DNA of 63,991 nt, filler included, from Dugesia japonica (GCA_001938525.1; 6 parts of 6 records of this genome joined end to end with filler, not necessarily neighbours in it); one strand, 5' to 3'; shown: positions 37,340-50,312, counted from the whole stretch's first letter. Program-made: numbers and translations. Notes: a model not told the origin generated them from the sequence alone.

Positions 37340-37628
37340 TTTTGCGCGGGAAATTTAAATTTACTATATCACTTTGACCTTGAAACCATTCAATCAATCA
37401 GAACACATGATACTATATCACTTTGACCTTGAACCACTTCGACTAATCAGATCGTAGGATACTATATCACTTTGACATTGAAAATATTTCGACCAATCAG
37501 AATAGAGNATACTGTATCAGTTTGACCTTGAAAAATCGACCTATAAATTTTCCACCAATCAGAATCAAGTATACTGTATCAGTGACCTTGAGGGGGCGGG
37601 TGATACAGTGGGCTAGGATCTATCTACT
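37340..37628 (-). repeat. Second Polinton-like terminus with ~50-bp tandem units
   Basis: About five units TACT(A/G)TATCA(C/G)TTTGACCTTGAA...CCAATCAGAA, ending GATCTATCTACT (AGTAGATAGATC on - strand). Confidence 0.6.
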
Positions 37629-38346
37629 AATTTAACTACAAAAAGCTGTAAATTAACAGCAATATTTGGACATTTTACTCCTTTATTTCCGTATAAATAG
37701 AAAAATTTTTTTTAAAAAATTTCAATGGACTATTTTGTTTCTTGAAAAATAAGTAGTTCTTGTTTCTTTAATATTTACACACTTCGGCACTTTGTTATAA
37801 CTAATTTAAATGTTGATTTAGACTTTATAAAAATGTTGTGAATTAATATTTTTAAAATTTTATCTTCGTTATTTGAACTATACCAATCGAATAGTTCTTC
37901 AAATTAAAGATTTTATTCTTGAGTGGTTAATTTAATAATAAAAAAATAATAATGGTTAATTTTAAAGAAAANNNNNNNNNNNNNNNNNNNNNNNNNNNNN
38001 AATAATTATCAAAATCAAATTTTAAATTCTATAAAGTTTTAAATTTAAAATTTTGTTAATTCGATATTTATTTCATATTTAATTAAATTTCTCAAGTTTT
38101 CTTGTTTAAATGTATCTTAATTACTATATATAATCTGACCTCTGGACAAAGATTTTTCAAAGTATTCTTTTAAAATATTAGTATCACTGTAAAATATAGA
38201 TATTTAATTCTTTGTTGTTGAATCATTTATTTAGACAATGAATAAAATAAATTAAACATCATATGAAGGATATATTTACTATGTTTTGTATTTTTATTTT
38301 CAAATATAATCGATTTTTTGGTTTAATAGTATTCTTTAAATTTTAG

Positions 38347-38698
38347 ATGAATAGAAACATTAAAAGAATTATTAAATTTCTTTTAAGTTTTTCGATTCTA
38401 GCATGTTGCGTTTTTATTGTGAAAAATATCTTAAGTCCATTATCAAAATCAAATAACTCGCGAGTATTACATCATAAACAAGTTAATCCATTTGCCGTTG
38501 ACGGTGTTGAACCAAATAAAAATCTTTGGTGGAAAAATGCAAAATTAGATCCATTTGAAGAATTTATTCAAGTTAGTCAGGAAATCAAACGTATTTTACC
38601 TAATCAATCAGAAGAAAAAGGAAAGGTTATTGATGAGAATAATTTTAATGTTCCGAAACCTTTAATTGTCAAAGAAAAAATCGACGGAAACGGTCCTG
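38347..38698 (+). CDS. First coding exon of a type II Golgi membrane protein, probably polypeptide N-acetylgalactosaminyltransferase (GALNT family)
   Basis: TTTTAG|ATG, short basic tail, TM FLLSFSILACCVFIV, stem region ending GNGP-G|GTAAT where GALNTs have GPGE; the rest of the gene lies beyond the scaffold end. Confidence 0.65.
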
Positions 38699-38806
38699 GT
38701 AATTTATTATTATTTTTTTTAAAAGTTAAATAATTTAATTAAAAATAATTTTATAATTAATGTAAAATTCATCAATAACTAATAATTAATAACTAATAAT
38801 TAATAA

Positions 38807-38906
38807 NNNNNNNNNNNNNNNNNNNNNNNNNNNNNNNNNNNNNNNNNNNNTTAATTAATTAANNNNNNNNNNNNNNNNNNNNNNNNNNNNNNNNNNNNNN
38901 NNNNNN
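38807..38906. other. Artificial scaffold linker
   Basis: N44-TTAATTAATTAA (38851-38862)-N44. Confidence 0.95.
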
Positions 38907-39663
38907 TGACAATTGTTTTTAGAAATAAATGTTATCAACAGAAGAAAGTGTTTTTAATGTAGGGTATGTAAGCCCAACCCATAATATAAACAATTTTCAA
39001 ATTAAAAACATTTAAGATCATTTATATTACCAAATTATTTACTAAAAATAAACAGTTTTCATAATTATTATTTAGATGAAAAATATAATTAAATAAAAAT
39101 AAATTACAAAAAAATTAAATTATTTTTGATAAATACAATTGTACAAAACACTGCTATTAATTTTAAATATTTCATTTCAAACTTAAGATTATAAGACTTT
39201 TCCAAATATTTTCTAGTATTTTCTTAGAATCTTTGGGAAACAATTTTCTCGTCATTATTGATACCAATTACAATTCATTCGTTCTAGTTGGTCTTAGTCA
39301 AATATCAGAAAATCAGTTTTAATGATCAAAAATACTTTTTCAAGGTGTTTAATTTTCGTGAATATTGAGATTAACAGTAAAAGTTCTTATTTATCGATGT
39401 TCAAAATTCGTTGAATTCGCGGACAATTGATAAAATTTTGCTTGGTAAAAAAATTGATTTCGATAAAAACATGAAAGCTGTGTTGAATGTCGCTAAGCTT
39501 TTCTGGTGGCTTTTACATTGAGAAAATAATTGTAGGGACAAAAACAAGTCACCTTCTTTAACGTTTTCTAAGCCTAGAAAAATAAAACAAATAATAAATT
39601 TAAATACTTCACAAAAATTATTAAGAAATTCAATTCAATTTATAAAAAATGCATTTATTTAAA

Positions 39664-39740
39664 ATGCATGTCTAAGTACACAATTTTATAAAAACTGAAA
39701 ACCTGGATGGCTCATTATAACAGCCATGATTTAAGAGATA
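39664..39740 (+). pseudogene. Dispersed fragment of the 18S rRNA 5' region
   Basis: ATGCATGTCTAAGTACAC...CTGAAA..GGATGGCTCATTATAACAGCCATGATTTAAGAG follows the conserved eukaryotic 18S 5' sequence; only ~75 bp. Confidence 0.75.
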
Positions 39741-40139
39741 TATTCAGCGAATTTAATCTCTCATCTTAAGGAGTGGAGAGCTATGGAAAACACCTTACCA
39801 TTCGAAGAATTTCAGTTTAGACGCGATTTTACCCACGTGAGCTCATTATTATCTTAGGCAAAATTGTACGGCATATACGTATATGACTTTGCCTTAAACC
39901 ATGATAGCGATAAATATTAAAACTTTTTTTGAATTTATAATATAATATTACAAATAACAGCCTAAATTACCGAGTAAAATTTATAGCCTATTATACAGGA
40001 ATTCACCTAAACTCTAACAGATGAAATGATATTAAAGGATACTTAATATATAAAAAAGTTTTTATGAACATATAGATAATTAATGGCAATTTATTAAAAT
40101 TACATCCATTTCAATATATAACTGTTGCACATAAATCCG

Positions 40140-42690
40140 CTAAAAAAATTTTGTCGACAATATTGTTGTCTTTTCGTGTTTTTTTTGGCAATGGTATAAG
40201 AACCAGATATTTATTGTACTAGTCAATTATTCCAAGATTGTATTTTTTCAGTTCACTTGTTTCCCGCATTGGCTCAAATATATCTGTGAAAATGACTTCA
40301 AACAAATTTGTCGCTTTTAATCTATTTGTCTTCTCTTTAGTTGATGTCGTCACTACTTTGGTCTTCTGCAAATTTCACAACTGCGAACTATCTTCTGCAT
40401 TTGGCTCCACAGGTTTTAGCAATGTATTTGTTGCTTATATATTCGTATACCTCAACTTCTGCTTGACATAATGATTTATGCATTTTTACAATTGTTTCAT
40501 GTATTTTGTCATTCGAAATTTTTTTCTTGATTAAATCTTTTTCCTCAGAAATGTTTAATTGCTCTTCTTTTTCCTTTTCAATTATGTTCAGAATTCTCGT
40601 TTTAATCTTCCCTTTCTTGGCGTCTTCGTGTGACATTTGACATTGTAAACATACCTCACATCTTGGTCTAGATAACATATCTGCGTTAGCATGTTGAATT
40701 CCTTTTCTATATTCCGAAATCAGATCTAAACTGCCCAGATAATTAATGGAATTGCGACTTAATTGGTTTCTTTATCGTCATCATGAAAGTTAGAGGTTTA
40801 TGATCTGTTCTAAGAGTAAATCTTCTACCGCACAAGTAATGTTTGAAATGTATACAGAAATAATACACAGCCAATAACTCTTTTCGTGTATTGCAGTATC
40901 CCTTTTCATGACTCGTTATATAGTGTGATCCATAAGCAACAACTCTTTTTCTTCCTTCTTTATCTCGATGTGACCATACTGCTATAATTGATTCGAAACT
41001 GGCATCTGTATCTTAAATAAATTCTTTGTTTATGTCTAGAAAACACAATATTAGTGCAGTCATTAGAGATTATTTCAGATTTTCAAAAGTATCGTTTATT
41101 TCATCAGTCCATTCTAATTTCTTGTTGCTTGATCCACTACACAACTGTTCTAAAATCTTTGACTTTCTTGCGTAGTTTTCTTTAAACTTCCTGTAAGAAT
41201 TACTGATTCCCAAGTAACTTTGTAACTTCTTCACACAATGAGATTTGTCAAGTGTTGCTATTGCTTTTAAATTTAGACGGATCAGTTCTAACACCATCTC
41301 TGCTATTATATGTCCCAGAAAAACCTTGATTTCGCTTGGAAGAAACTGACCCTTTTCTGGATTAATTCTTAGACCAGCCTTCATAATTTCAATCAATATT
41401 ATGTCAATTACTTCATAGTGCTGATCTTTGTTATTCGTAAATATCAGAATGTCATCAAGATAAACCATGGCTCCATTGATTCCGCCAACCACTTTTGTCA
41501 TCATCTCTTGAAATGTCCCTGGTGCTGCTGCGATGCCAAATGGCATTTTAGTAAAACAATATTTTCCGTGTTTTGTTGAAAGCGCTGTTTTTTCTTGAAA
41601 TTCATCTTGCCAGCTACACCTGATAGTACGCATTTCCCAAATCTTTTGAACTGAAATATTTGGCTTCATCTAACTTGTCCAGTATTTTATCGACATTAGG
41701 CATCGGAAAGGCTTGTCTTATCGTTACTGCATTCAATTGTTTGAAATCCAAACGTATTCTTAGTTCTTTCTTATCTTTTTTCCAAAGACAGATAAGTGGG
41801 GCATTCTATGGAAAGTTGCATTTCTGGATAATAATAATCTCGAAAATGTTTTGGATAGCTTCTTCAATTTTAGATTCTAAGTTCATTGGTTGTATATACG
41901 GTTTTACATCGATTTGTTCACCACTTGGGATTATTTTGTGTCTTGATAGATGTGTGCGCCTTACATCCCATTTATCTGCGATAAAAGCATCTTCTTTACT
42001 TTCAATTATTTTCAATAACCGTTGATCCTCTTTAATCTCCAAAGTATTTTGGGCTCTTGTCAATCGCTCTCTTTTTTTTTAATTTGTCTTCCGAATTTAG
42101 CTTCAATATTGCAAATGTAATTTTCGACTTATTCATCGGTTTTGCTTTCAACCTTTTGCATAAGTTGGTATCCAAAAATCCTCTGTAAGTCTATTCCTCT
42201 TATCAGATTTGGTGTCACTCTTTCAGCACCTAACTTCTAATTGAATCCACTCGATCTCTTTTTTTCTCTACTCGATCTACTAACGTCATTGTTTCTTCAA
42301 TTTCTTCTATATTCTCTCGTTTCCGCAAAGTCACTTCTTCTTCAACTTTTTTGTTATCTGAACAATATATTAGCATCTTTGAATGTCTTCATTTCCACGC
42401 CTGTAGTTAATCAAATTTTGAAAGTCTTTGATAACATCTTTCTCTTTATCAAATACCATACGTAAACGAGCCTGAAAACTTTCAACTTTTTTCAACGTCT
42501 TTACATATTCTTCCAAAAAATCTTCATCTAACAAATAAGAGATTAATCTCTCTTGTGGTTTCACATGGATGATGGTTTTGGCTTCAAAATACAATTCACA
42601 CCGCTTGATGAATTTCTTAATGCCATCTTCTCTGCAGAAAACCTTTAGCATTAACCTCTCAGTAATGGAATCGGTATTTACCGCTACCAC
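40140..42690 (-). mobile_element. Ty3/Gypsy gag-pol relic (gag, RT, RNase H, integrase 5' part)
   Basis: KTALSTKHGKYCFTKMPFGIAAAPGTFQ, VYLDDIL, RNase H TDAS..RKELLAV..FKHYLCGRRFTLRTDHKPL, integrase zinc-binding region followed by FEVIFTDI; order RT-RH-INT. Confidence 0.9.
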
Positions 42691-42699
42691 CGTGTTAGG
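42678..42699 (-). promoter_or_regulatory. LTR 3' end and primer-binding site of the Gypsy relic
   Basis: - strand CCTAACA-CGG-TGGTAGCGGT at the 5' edge of gag. Confidence 0.6.
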
Positions 42700-45600
42700 T
42701 AAATCTTCAATTGGTAATTACTTTTGCAAATTACAACTAATATTTTTAGACATAATTTATTTCACTACTACAACACATGCTTAGTAAGATAATAATAATT
42801 GAAATATAACTGATTACATTTTAAAATGGAATTTGATCACTTTCTATTGGCTAAAATTATCAAATAATAATTATTTCCTTATATTAACAATAATAATGAT
42901 AATAATAGGAATAATAATAATAAGAATCATGATAAATGATATTAGTAGTGATGATGTTGATCATAGTAATAATTATAGTCCTCTTAATTATGACAAGCCT
43001 GATTATAATATTCATTCTTATACTGATAGTCTTAACAAATATATCATAATAATAATGTTGATAACAATATTTTAATATTTATCATCGTGATGGTAGTAAT
43101 GTGCCAATGGTAGACATAATAATACTAATTGCCATAGCGCCCAAATTACTAGTAATAAAAGGAATAATAATAATGTTATTGTTAATGATAATAGCAACGA
43201 CCTTAATAAATAAATATCTTAAAAATAATATTGATGTAACATATGCATATACAACGACAGATCAAGGGAATCTAATATAACGGTTGACGGTCAGAATAGT
43301 TACATCTGGACGTTGACTCATTACCAGATATCTTATGCAATTCACCAGTTGTACAAAGATTTGGTAACAAGTTGAAACAAAATTTGCTGATAACTCACTT
43401 GCTGAGTCAGATTAAATTTTACCCAGTGCATTGCTTCATGTCGCACACGTCAAGTTTGATTTGTAGTTGAAATAAAATATATTTCACTGTCAGATATTTT
43501 ATATCAGCTTTCGTTCACTTGCTAGTTTCACATTGATTGTGTTTGTTCACGAGTTACAAAAATTGGGCGATATTCTGACAAAGATAAGTTATCTATTCGA
43601 CACATTAACAATGCTTAGAATGATAGGAGATAGTTACAAGTAATTACTCAGTGATGTTGATCCAGTAGACGCACATTGCAGATAATAAGTCAACCCACAT
43701 AATTTAACTACTCGGAAATTGATCCAAGTTTAATATACACTTGTCGGTATTTATTAAGAGTTATTGCAGTAATTATTGAAGTTGGATTATGAGTCTAATG
43801 GGAGAGAAAAATAAGTCTGATTTTTACCAGAGTAGGTTGGCTTTCTATCGATAATATACTAACTCGTTAAGATTCGTTGATTTTCATCTTTACAATGCGT
43901 GAGTGTAATTAATTTATTTGTCATTACGGCCGTAAGGCGAAAATTTGGCTCACGCAAGAAAACGTATATCAGTGGAGATTGAATATCGTGAACGAGGTGG
44001 TGTTAAATTTTTTATCCATCAACAGATGTTACTTCAGAAGATCTACGTAGCGATAATAATAGGCGGATATTTAGCGATTGAAATTTTAAGCAATTTAATT
44101 TTTACTAGCATATAATGATCACATAGTACATGAATAATAAACAACAATGAATTACTTGAAAAATTTGTCGAATGATCTTCAAGGTCCAAATTTGGTAACA
44201 ATTGTTAAAATTTTCACTCACAAAATTTTATTAATTCGTTATAGAGCTATTACAGCTAATAGGATTAATTGAAAGATGTTTTCATCTAAAATTCGGGGGG
44301 TTTAATACTTTTCTATTTGCACCCAAATTCTTCTCTGGTTGACCGATTATTTTTAAGTTTCTTTTCTGCTTTTCGATTGGTTCCTTTCTTCAAAATTTGA
44401 ATTTCTTTAACACTTTCTTTATCTTTTATTGGTGGTTATTTATGGTAGCCATCTGATTCTTATTTCTTTGTTCTTCGTATTTTTTTGATCCCTCATTGAC
44501 CAAATCTTCATGACCCTTTCTTAGCTTTCATGAAGGTGCTATGTTTTTATCTTTTGGACAATTGACTTTCTTCTGTTGGAAGCTGTTGTAATAGGGTTAT
44601 CTGAAGCAAAGTTATTAACCTTTTCTCTGTTCCTGTTAATTGACCTTATTTTTCTTGTACTTGTTAATTAAAATTTTTTAATTTTTCTTAATTTATTTTT
44701 ATTAGTTTTGAATAATTTTAACCAATTTTCTAATATTTACTTGATTATGGATGAATGTATATCTTCTTACTGGCTCTAATTATTTTTTACATTATTTTTA
44801 TTATCTCTTCTAATTTCCTTGTAATTATGTTGGGGTAAAACACCCAGTCTGTAAAGAAGAATCAAGCCAAGGGCACAAGAAGGAAAAAATGATGAAAGAA
44901 AGGGGCCGAAGAACAACATAGTTACGATGGAAAAGTCATAATAAGTACATCAAAGCCACAAGAAAAGTCAGTAGGGCTAAATAATCAGTAGGGCTAAATT
45001 AATAAAAGATAAAAAAATATATATAAAGGAGATGGAGATGAAGATCTTGGGTCAACAAATCCGACCATATCAAGTACAATAATTAAAAGAAATTATGAAA
45101 TTAAAAATAAAAGGCAAGAAAAGCATTACTGGAAAATAATTAATTATCAGAAAACATTAATTAATTTTAAATAAAAATAAGTCAAAATTAGTCAAAAATC
45201 CGTTTTTTTACGAATATCTTGGCTCAGAAAACTCATAGAAGCTCGGTACAAGAAAATTTGAGAAGACAATGGATTAGAGCATTGGGATTTTGTATCCAGA
45301 AAATTTTAGCACCATCGAGAGGATTTTTACGAAGGGTCAAAGATTGCGCCAATGAGGGCGCCAGAAATAAAAATAAAACAAAGGAATGACAATCACATGC
45401 CACAATCACGTGCAACAAAAAATGGTAAATAAACCCTCACAATTTTAGAAGAAAAGTCTTAAAAACGAAATTTTCTAATTTTATTTACGTCATTTGGATT
45501 GTTGTAATTTCACTGAAAAATTCATTGCTGTTTGGAAAGTTATTAGAAGTAACCACGAATCGTGAATTAATTTGTTAATTATCGTTGAAATTTTAAGGAA

Positions 45601-46871
45601 TAAAAGTTATCAGTAAATTCAGGACACGACGAGAAATAATATAAAGGTAGACAACCCGTTGCACGATCAACAATTATTAAAAAAACTGATTTGAAAGTAA
45701 TATTTAATTCTGTATATATATGCATTAGTTATGCTGTAATGAAATTGATAATAAGATTTATTTATAAAATTGTTAAAATAATTATCTGATTAAATAAGAA
45801 AACAGGAAACTTTTGATTATCATAAAATACATTTAATTACAATTAGGATTCTCTATCCAACGCGTAGTTGCTAAAAATAGATTTCCAGTAATAGAAATCA
45901 CCACCACTCGTACTGATAACAATTTTGGTAATTCCTTTATAATAATTTCATCATGTAGTTTGACTGAGTCAATGATGATAGCACAAGAAATAGAATGCTT
46001 GTGTTTATCTTGTTGAATAACTATTTTCAATGCAGACAATAAATGTTCTTTTATAAACAGACTTCAGTGTGTCTCAAGTATTGCTGTCGACCTGTCGTAA
46101 TTAGGGTGTATGTTCACCTCTACTCCCTAATTGTTGTGTCATAAAAAGAAATTTACTGACATGAATCATGCTTTCTTATCCAAACAGATATTTAAATCTC
46201 TCAACGTGCAATCCAATTGTCAGTTTCTGTAAATAACACTTGTCCCAATTATGGATTTAAAGAGTGGATTACCGGCAATGCAAGTACGAATGTCTTATAT
46301 CAAACACCCAGGATTACCTCTTCGCGTACCGGAATTACTATCTCTCAATGCAGCACGAATATTTTATAGCAAGTTATCATTTGATCATGTCTGTAATAAA
46401 AGAATTTGTTTAGTGTTCATTTAGCTTTTAATAAATAAATTATTTCACCATAAAAATTGTTTATGCAATACGAATCTCTGGGATAACCCTGTAAATGAAG
46501 ATCAATTAATAAGGAACGATTATTTTTGTAGTGATCTAATAAGGATGTTAAATCAGCGTAAAACTAATCTGAACATAATGAGGTCAATTTTGTTACCCAC
46601 CAGGATTTTTACCTTTATCAACAAGTGTTTCAGGATATAATTTTATGTTGATGATTACACTCATTTTTCCCACCGACAATTATCGGGGGTTCAAAAACCT
46701 AGCCTTCAAAGGCGAATGGCACTTTTTAATCAAGTATTTTTTTATTATGGCCAGATAATGTTAGTTTGACGTTGGGGGTTGTCCCATATGGGTTCAATGG
46801 AACCATGAATAGGATCTGTATCACAACTAGTATATAGAATTTAGTTTTCATCTTATTATTATATGTATTAG

Positions 46872-47065
46872 GTAACAAAAGATATAAGTAAAATTTTGTT
46901 GAAGATATTGAGATCCATTCTTAAGGAGCGGCAACGAGTGCGTAGAAAACAACTTTTAGCACATCTGCTTACGGCTGGAGTAGTGGAGCATCCCGATGAG
47001 ACAGATCGTGTTGTTTCGTCGAGATGTTCCTGTTAAAGCCAGGGGTCAACATAGACGAGGAATAA
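46872..47065 (+). pseudogene. LTR protein a, copy B
   Basis: ATTAG| VTKDISKILLKILRSILKERQRVRRKQLLAHLLTAGVVEHPDETD..FVEMFLLKPGVNIDEE*, one frameshift. Confidence 0.6.
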
Positions 47066-47237
47066 CCTTCTTCATTTTATTTTTGGTTTGTGTATTTAAT
47101 CATAGAAAATATAAAATCAATTGTTATGATTCAATCTTATTATAATCATTATCTATAATTTACTCATTATAATTCTGTTACATCTTACAGCAACATTATT
47201 AAATGGCTAAACTAATTGTAGATCTTCACCATTAGAA

Positions 47238-47580
47238 ATGGAATTCATATGGGAAAGCGTCGTTGATCGACGAACGCGCCGTGTAATTTTTCGACGGCAT
47301 AGAAACCTGTATAATCGTGACGCGGGCATTCTGCTGATCAATCAAATTTAACCCCCGTGGAGGCTATGGTGGCCCGGATCCAAAATTTTGGAGAACGGAA
47401 AATTATCAGCAGTGGAACGGACCAATACGTAATCACACCACTTCCTTTCAATATCAACCTCCAGCCCCACTCCCAGCCGTGCAAGCCTTCATCACGAATT
47501 TGCTCTGGGTGTAAGAGAACCCACAGGTGCTGAGGACTCTGAGAATACCGCTCCCATAATCATATTGCTTGTGATTTTGA
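47238..47580 (+). pseudogene. LTR protein b, copy B
   Basis: MEFIWESVVDRRTRRVIFRRHRNLYNRDAGIL..DQSNLTPVEAMVARIQNFGERKNYQQWNGP...ENTAP, with frameshifts. Confidence 0.65.
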
Positions 47581-47761
47581 TATAATAAAATATATAGTTG
47601 TTTCCAAGGCTTTTAATAAAATCTCTTTCTTGTTGTTAGCTTATTTTTCGTTAAAAGGATAGAGAATGCCCAATGAGTTATTTCGGGTGCGAGTAGTTGG
47701 TGCATTTCATTAATTCTTTATTTAGTGTTGTATTAATTTCATTTAATGGTCTATATTCTAG

Positions 47762-48068
47762 TGCATTCTTCTTTGAATCGCACAGCCGTTCCCACTAAGA
47801 AAATCAGAGAGTTCAGTGAAGATTTGGATATGACTTGGGACGTGTATAGGCTTGCTAAGCGTCGCTGGGAAGCTGAAATTGCAAACGCCAATAAGCATCC
47901 CATGATCAGGAGAGGGTATGGAAGGCTCAAATAGAGACTTTTACAGAGATTATCCGGTCCTACCAAGATCGTGAGAATAAACTAGTTCAGGACATTCTGC
48001 GCTTAAATACTGCAATACATCCTGAACCTTTAATGGTCGACAAGGGTATTCAGACATCACGTCCTTAA
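47762..48068 (+). pseudogene. LTR protein c exon, copy B
   Basis: TTCTAG|(V)HSSLNRTAVPTKKIREFSEDLDMTWDVYRLAKRRWEAEIANA...PLMVDKGIQTSRP*. Confidence 0.6.
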
Positions 48069-48193
48069 TGTTTATAGTTTTTGTAAATAAATGATTCCAT
48101 TGGATAAGTCAAATTCTTTTGTCTGAATTATTCACTCGGTTAATCTTCGCATATGTTACGAGAATAAATTATTTAATAATATTTCTTGTTTAG

Positions 48194-48541
48194 TGCCACG
48201 AATTAGATACCCGACGAGTCTACACCGATTTCACCGATTAATCACCAAGTTGCTACTCGAACGTCACCTCAAAAGACAAACTGAACGGGCCCTCATTAAA
48301 CATCTAGCACATAAAAAGGCTGGATCTCATAGTTAAGAAGCAGGGAGATCTAGCTGAGCCGACGAAGCAACTTCTGCAGAATAAAATAGATTTCTTAAAG
48401 AGATATATCGCTGATTTATCCCGTCAGTTGGGTAATGTGTCCTGGGTAACATGGAATGACCAGGACGATGAGGCATCATTTAATTTCTTAGATGACGATC
48501 CCACCCAGTGGTTAGACCCGGGTGCTATGGATCTCATGTAG
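48194..48541 (+). pseudogene. LTR protein d exon, copy B
   Basis: GTTTAG|(V)PRIRYPTSLHRFHRLITKLLLERHLKRQTERALIKHL...LDLIVKKQ...KIDFL...ASFNFLDDDPTQWLDPGAMDLM*. Confidence 0.6.
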
Positions 48542-49089
48542 TCTGTATTAAAATATAATTTAGTTAACGATCTGTTAATTGATATTGAATACAGTATAAC
48601 AGGGAAAATAAAGAACCCGAATTAAAGGTGTACAAGTGTGAACCTCACATGAAGTTGGAGGTTAACCGCTCTGCACTGAAGATCTAACCTAGGGGCGTTA
48701 GATTAAATTCTTGAAGAGGATGCCCTGAGGGCCGTTTTTCCCCGGCCAGTTTTTCCGTTTTATCATCAACTCAGGTGGAACCCCAACAATTATTTGAATT
48801 TAGATATTTTGTCATTATTTTTTTCTTGATTAATTCGAATTTATTCTTAAATGTCTGGATGTTTAGGGTCCCCTTTGCATTATTTCTTTTTTCTTGTCTC
48901 CTAATTAATCCGTCCTTCGTTGGTTTTGGGACCCTACCTATTTTATTTCTTTACTCGGTGTTCCACCCAAAAACTAAAAACAAAGCACACCTTAGAAAAT
49001 TTTTTTTCGCGTATTTATAAGACTAACAAACAAAAAATCTTTATCTACCAAAACATTAATCAATAATACACCAAAATTTCACAAAACCT

Positions 49090-49280
49090 AGACCGCTATA
49101 TGCGCCAACACTTCCACTTTCCAAATCGAACAAATGTCCACAACATGTCCATAACGATTTTAAGTCAAGTGCGCGATAACTCATTGCCTTGTGTCAGTGT
49201 GCTCACAACTGTGTCGACTCTAAGCGTATTTTAGCCCATAGTTACATTTGACAATGTATAGATTATATTCACCGTCCACC
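49090..49280 (-). pseudogene. Possible non-LTR RT fragment
   Basis: TLTQGNELSRT*LKIVMDML resembles G.RQGD.LSP.LFNIVMD.L. Confidence 0.35.
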
Positions 49281-49594
49281 TCAAATCCATCATTGAAAAC
49301 TTTAAAAGTACTCAAACACAAATAATTTTAGTCCAATCTCGAAATTTTACAATATCTTAACACACATAAAAACTATAGAATAACATACACACAGAATTTG
49401 TTAAAATTGGGCTTAAAACATAAATACAAAATGAAATGAATGTTAAATCGTGTATAATCAATAAAAGAAATTTTTGAATTTCGAAAAGCCCTAATTTTAA
49501 AGGTATATGGTTGTCTCTCGAATTTTCTCTCCTCGTTATTAATTTCTATCCTCATCAACAATCAATTTAAGTCTTTTCTTTAACATATCATTAA

Positions 49595-49800
49595 ATAAAA
49601 AGCTTAGATTAAAATTTAGAATTTTCGACTCTGTCTTCGTCATGAATCTAAAATTCAATACTTGACGAAGACAAAGTCGAAATACTATTAAGAACTAAGA
49701 AAAGAAATTTTGATCGAACTTTATATTCAAATGAAATATCAAATACGATCGATGATTAAGTCCAACAATTATTCTCGCAATAATTGTAATTGTAAAATTT
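49595..49800. repeat. Penelope-like inverted terminal repeats with two back-to-back degenerate hammerhead cores
   Basis: - strand ATGACGAAGACAGAGTCGAAA (~49623-49643) and + strand TTGACGAAGACAAAGTCGAAA (~49662-49682). Confidence 0.55.
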
Positions 49801-50312
49801 GGTTTATGATTTATTAAATAAAATATCATTGATTAATTGTAGAGTTATTCACTGCTGTTGAAATGCTTTTGGGATTAATCACAAAAACAAATAAAAAGTT
49901 GCGTGAGTTTATTAAGATTTTAGAGTATATATAAGTTATATGAAGAATCTTGCAGAACCTTAATATGACTGATAAAAACATTGATATTGAAATATCAAAA
50001 GAGTATACAGTAAGCTATTGATTAAATGTCAAGTTTACTTCAATCATTTTTATTAGAATAATAAAAGTATTGTAGTACAAAATGAGTGTCATTAGGATAC
50101 AATTTTTAATAAAATAAACTTTGATCCCAAAAGACTAAATCTATATGAATTGTTTGAATAAAAGGTAAAATTTTACAATTACGTTAACACGAAATTTCTT
50201 AAAACTTTGTCGGCGAAGTGGAGGAACTGTTTACATCCGCCATTATTTACCTACTTACAAATNNNNNNNNNNNNNNNNNNNNNNNNNNNNNNNNNNNNNN
50301 NNNNNNNNNNNN

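Larger units (their letters stand above)
44828..48788 (+). mobile_element. Giant solo-LTR-like element, copy B (3961 bp), carrying the four-gene cassette
   Basis: TGTTGGGGTAAAACACCCAGT ... AACTCAGGTGGAACCCCAACA; ATTA duplicated at 44824-44827 and 48789-48792. Confidence 0.85.
42830..48972 (-). mobile_element. Giant LTR-like element copy C (inverted, 3'-truncated), split by copy B
   Basis: - strand start TTTTGGGTGGAACACCGAGT (~48972) resembles TGTTGGGG..AAACACCCAGT; 44280-44460 reverse-complements to the AATAACC.CCAAT...GAACCAAT.GAAA.GCAG...TTGGGTGC block at 13100-13225. Confidence 0.6.

Noticed and set aside
37340-37590. CRISPR-like repeat-spacer array
   Set aside because: Inter-repeat parts are similar to each other, repeats are degenerate and the context is eukaryotic; it is a tandem repeat in a TIR
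38699-38733. C-terminal NLLLFFLKVK of the 128-aa ORF
   Set aside because: Read-through into an intron after the G|GTAAT donor
39380-39575. - strand exon-like or piggyBac-like stretch after a TTTTCTAG acceptor
   Set aside because: No frame gives a recognisable or sustained product
12561-48788. Copies A and B as the two LTRs of one ~36-kb giant retroelement
   Set aside because: Each has its own distinct TSD, they are strongly diverged, and three artificial linkers lie between them
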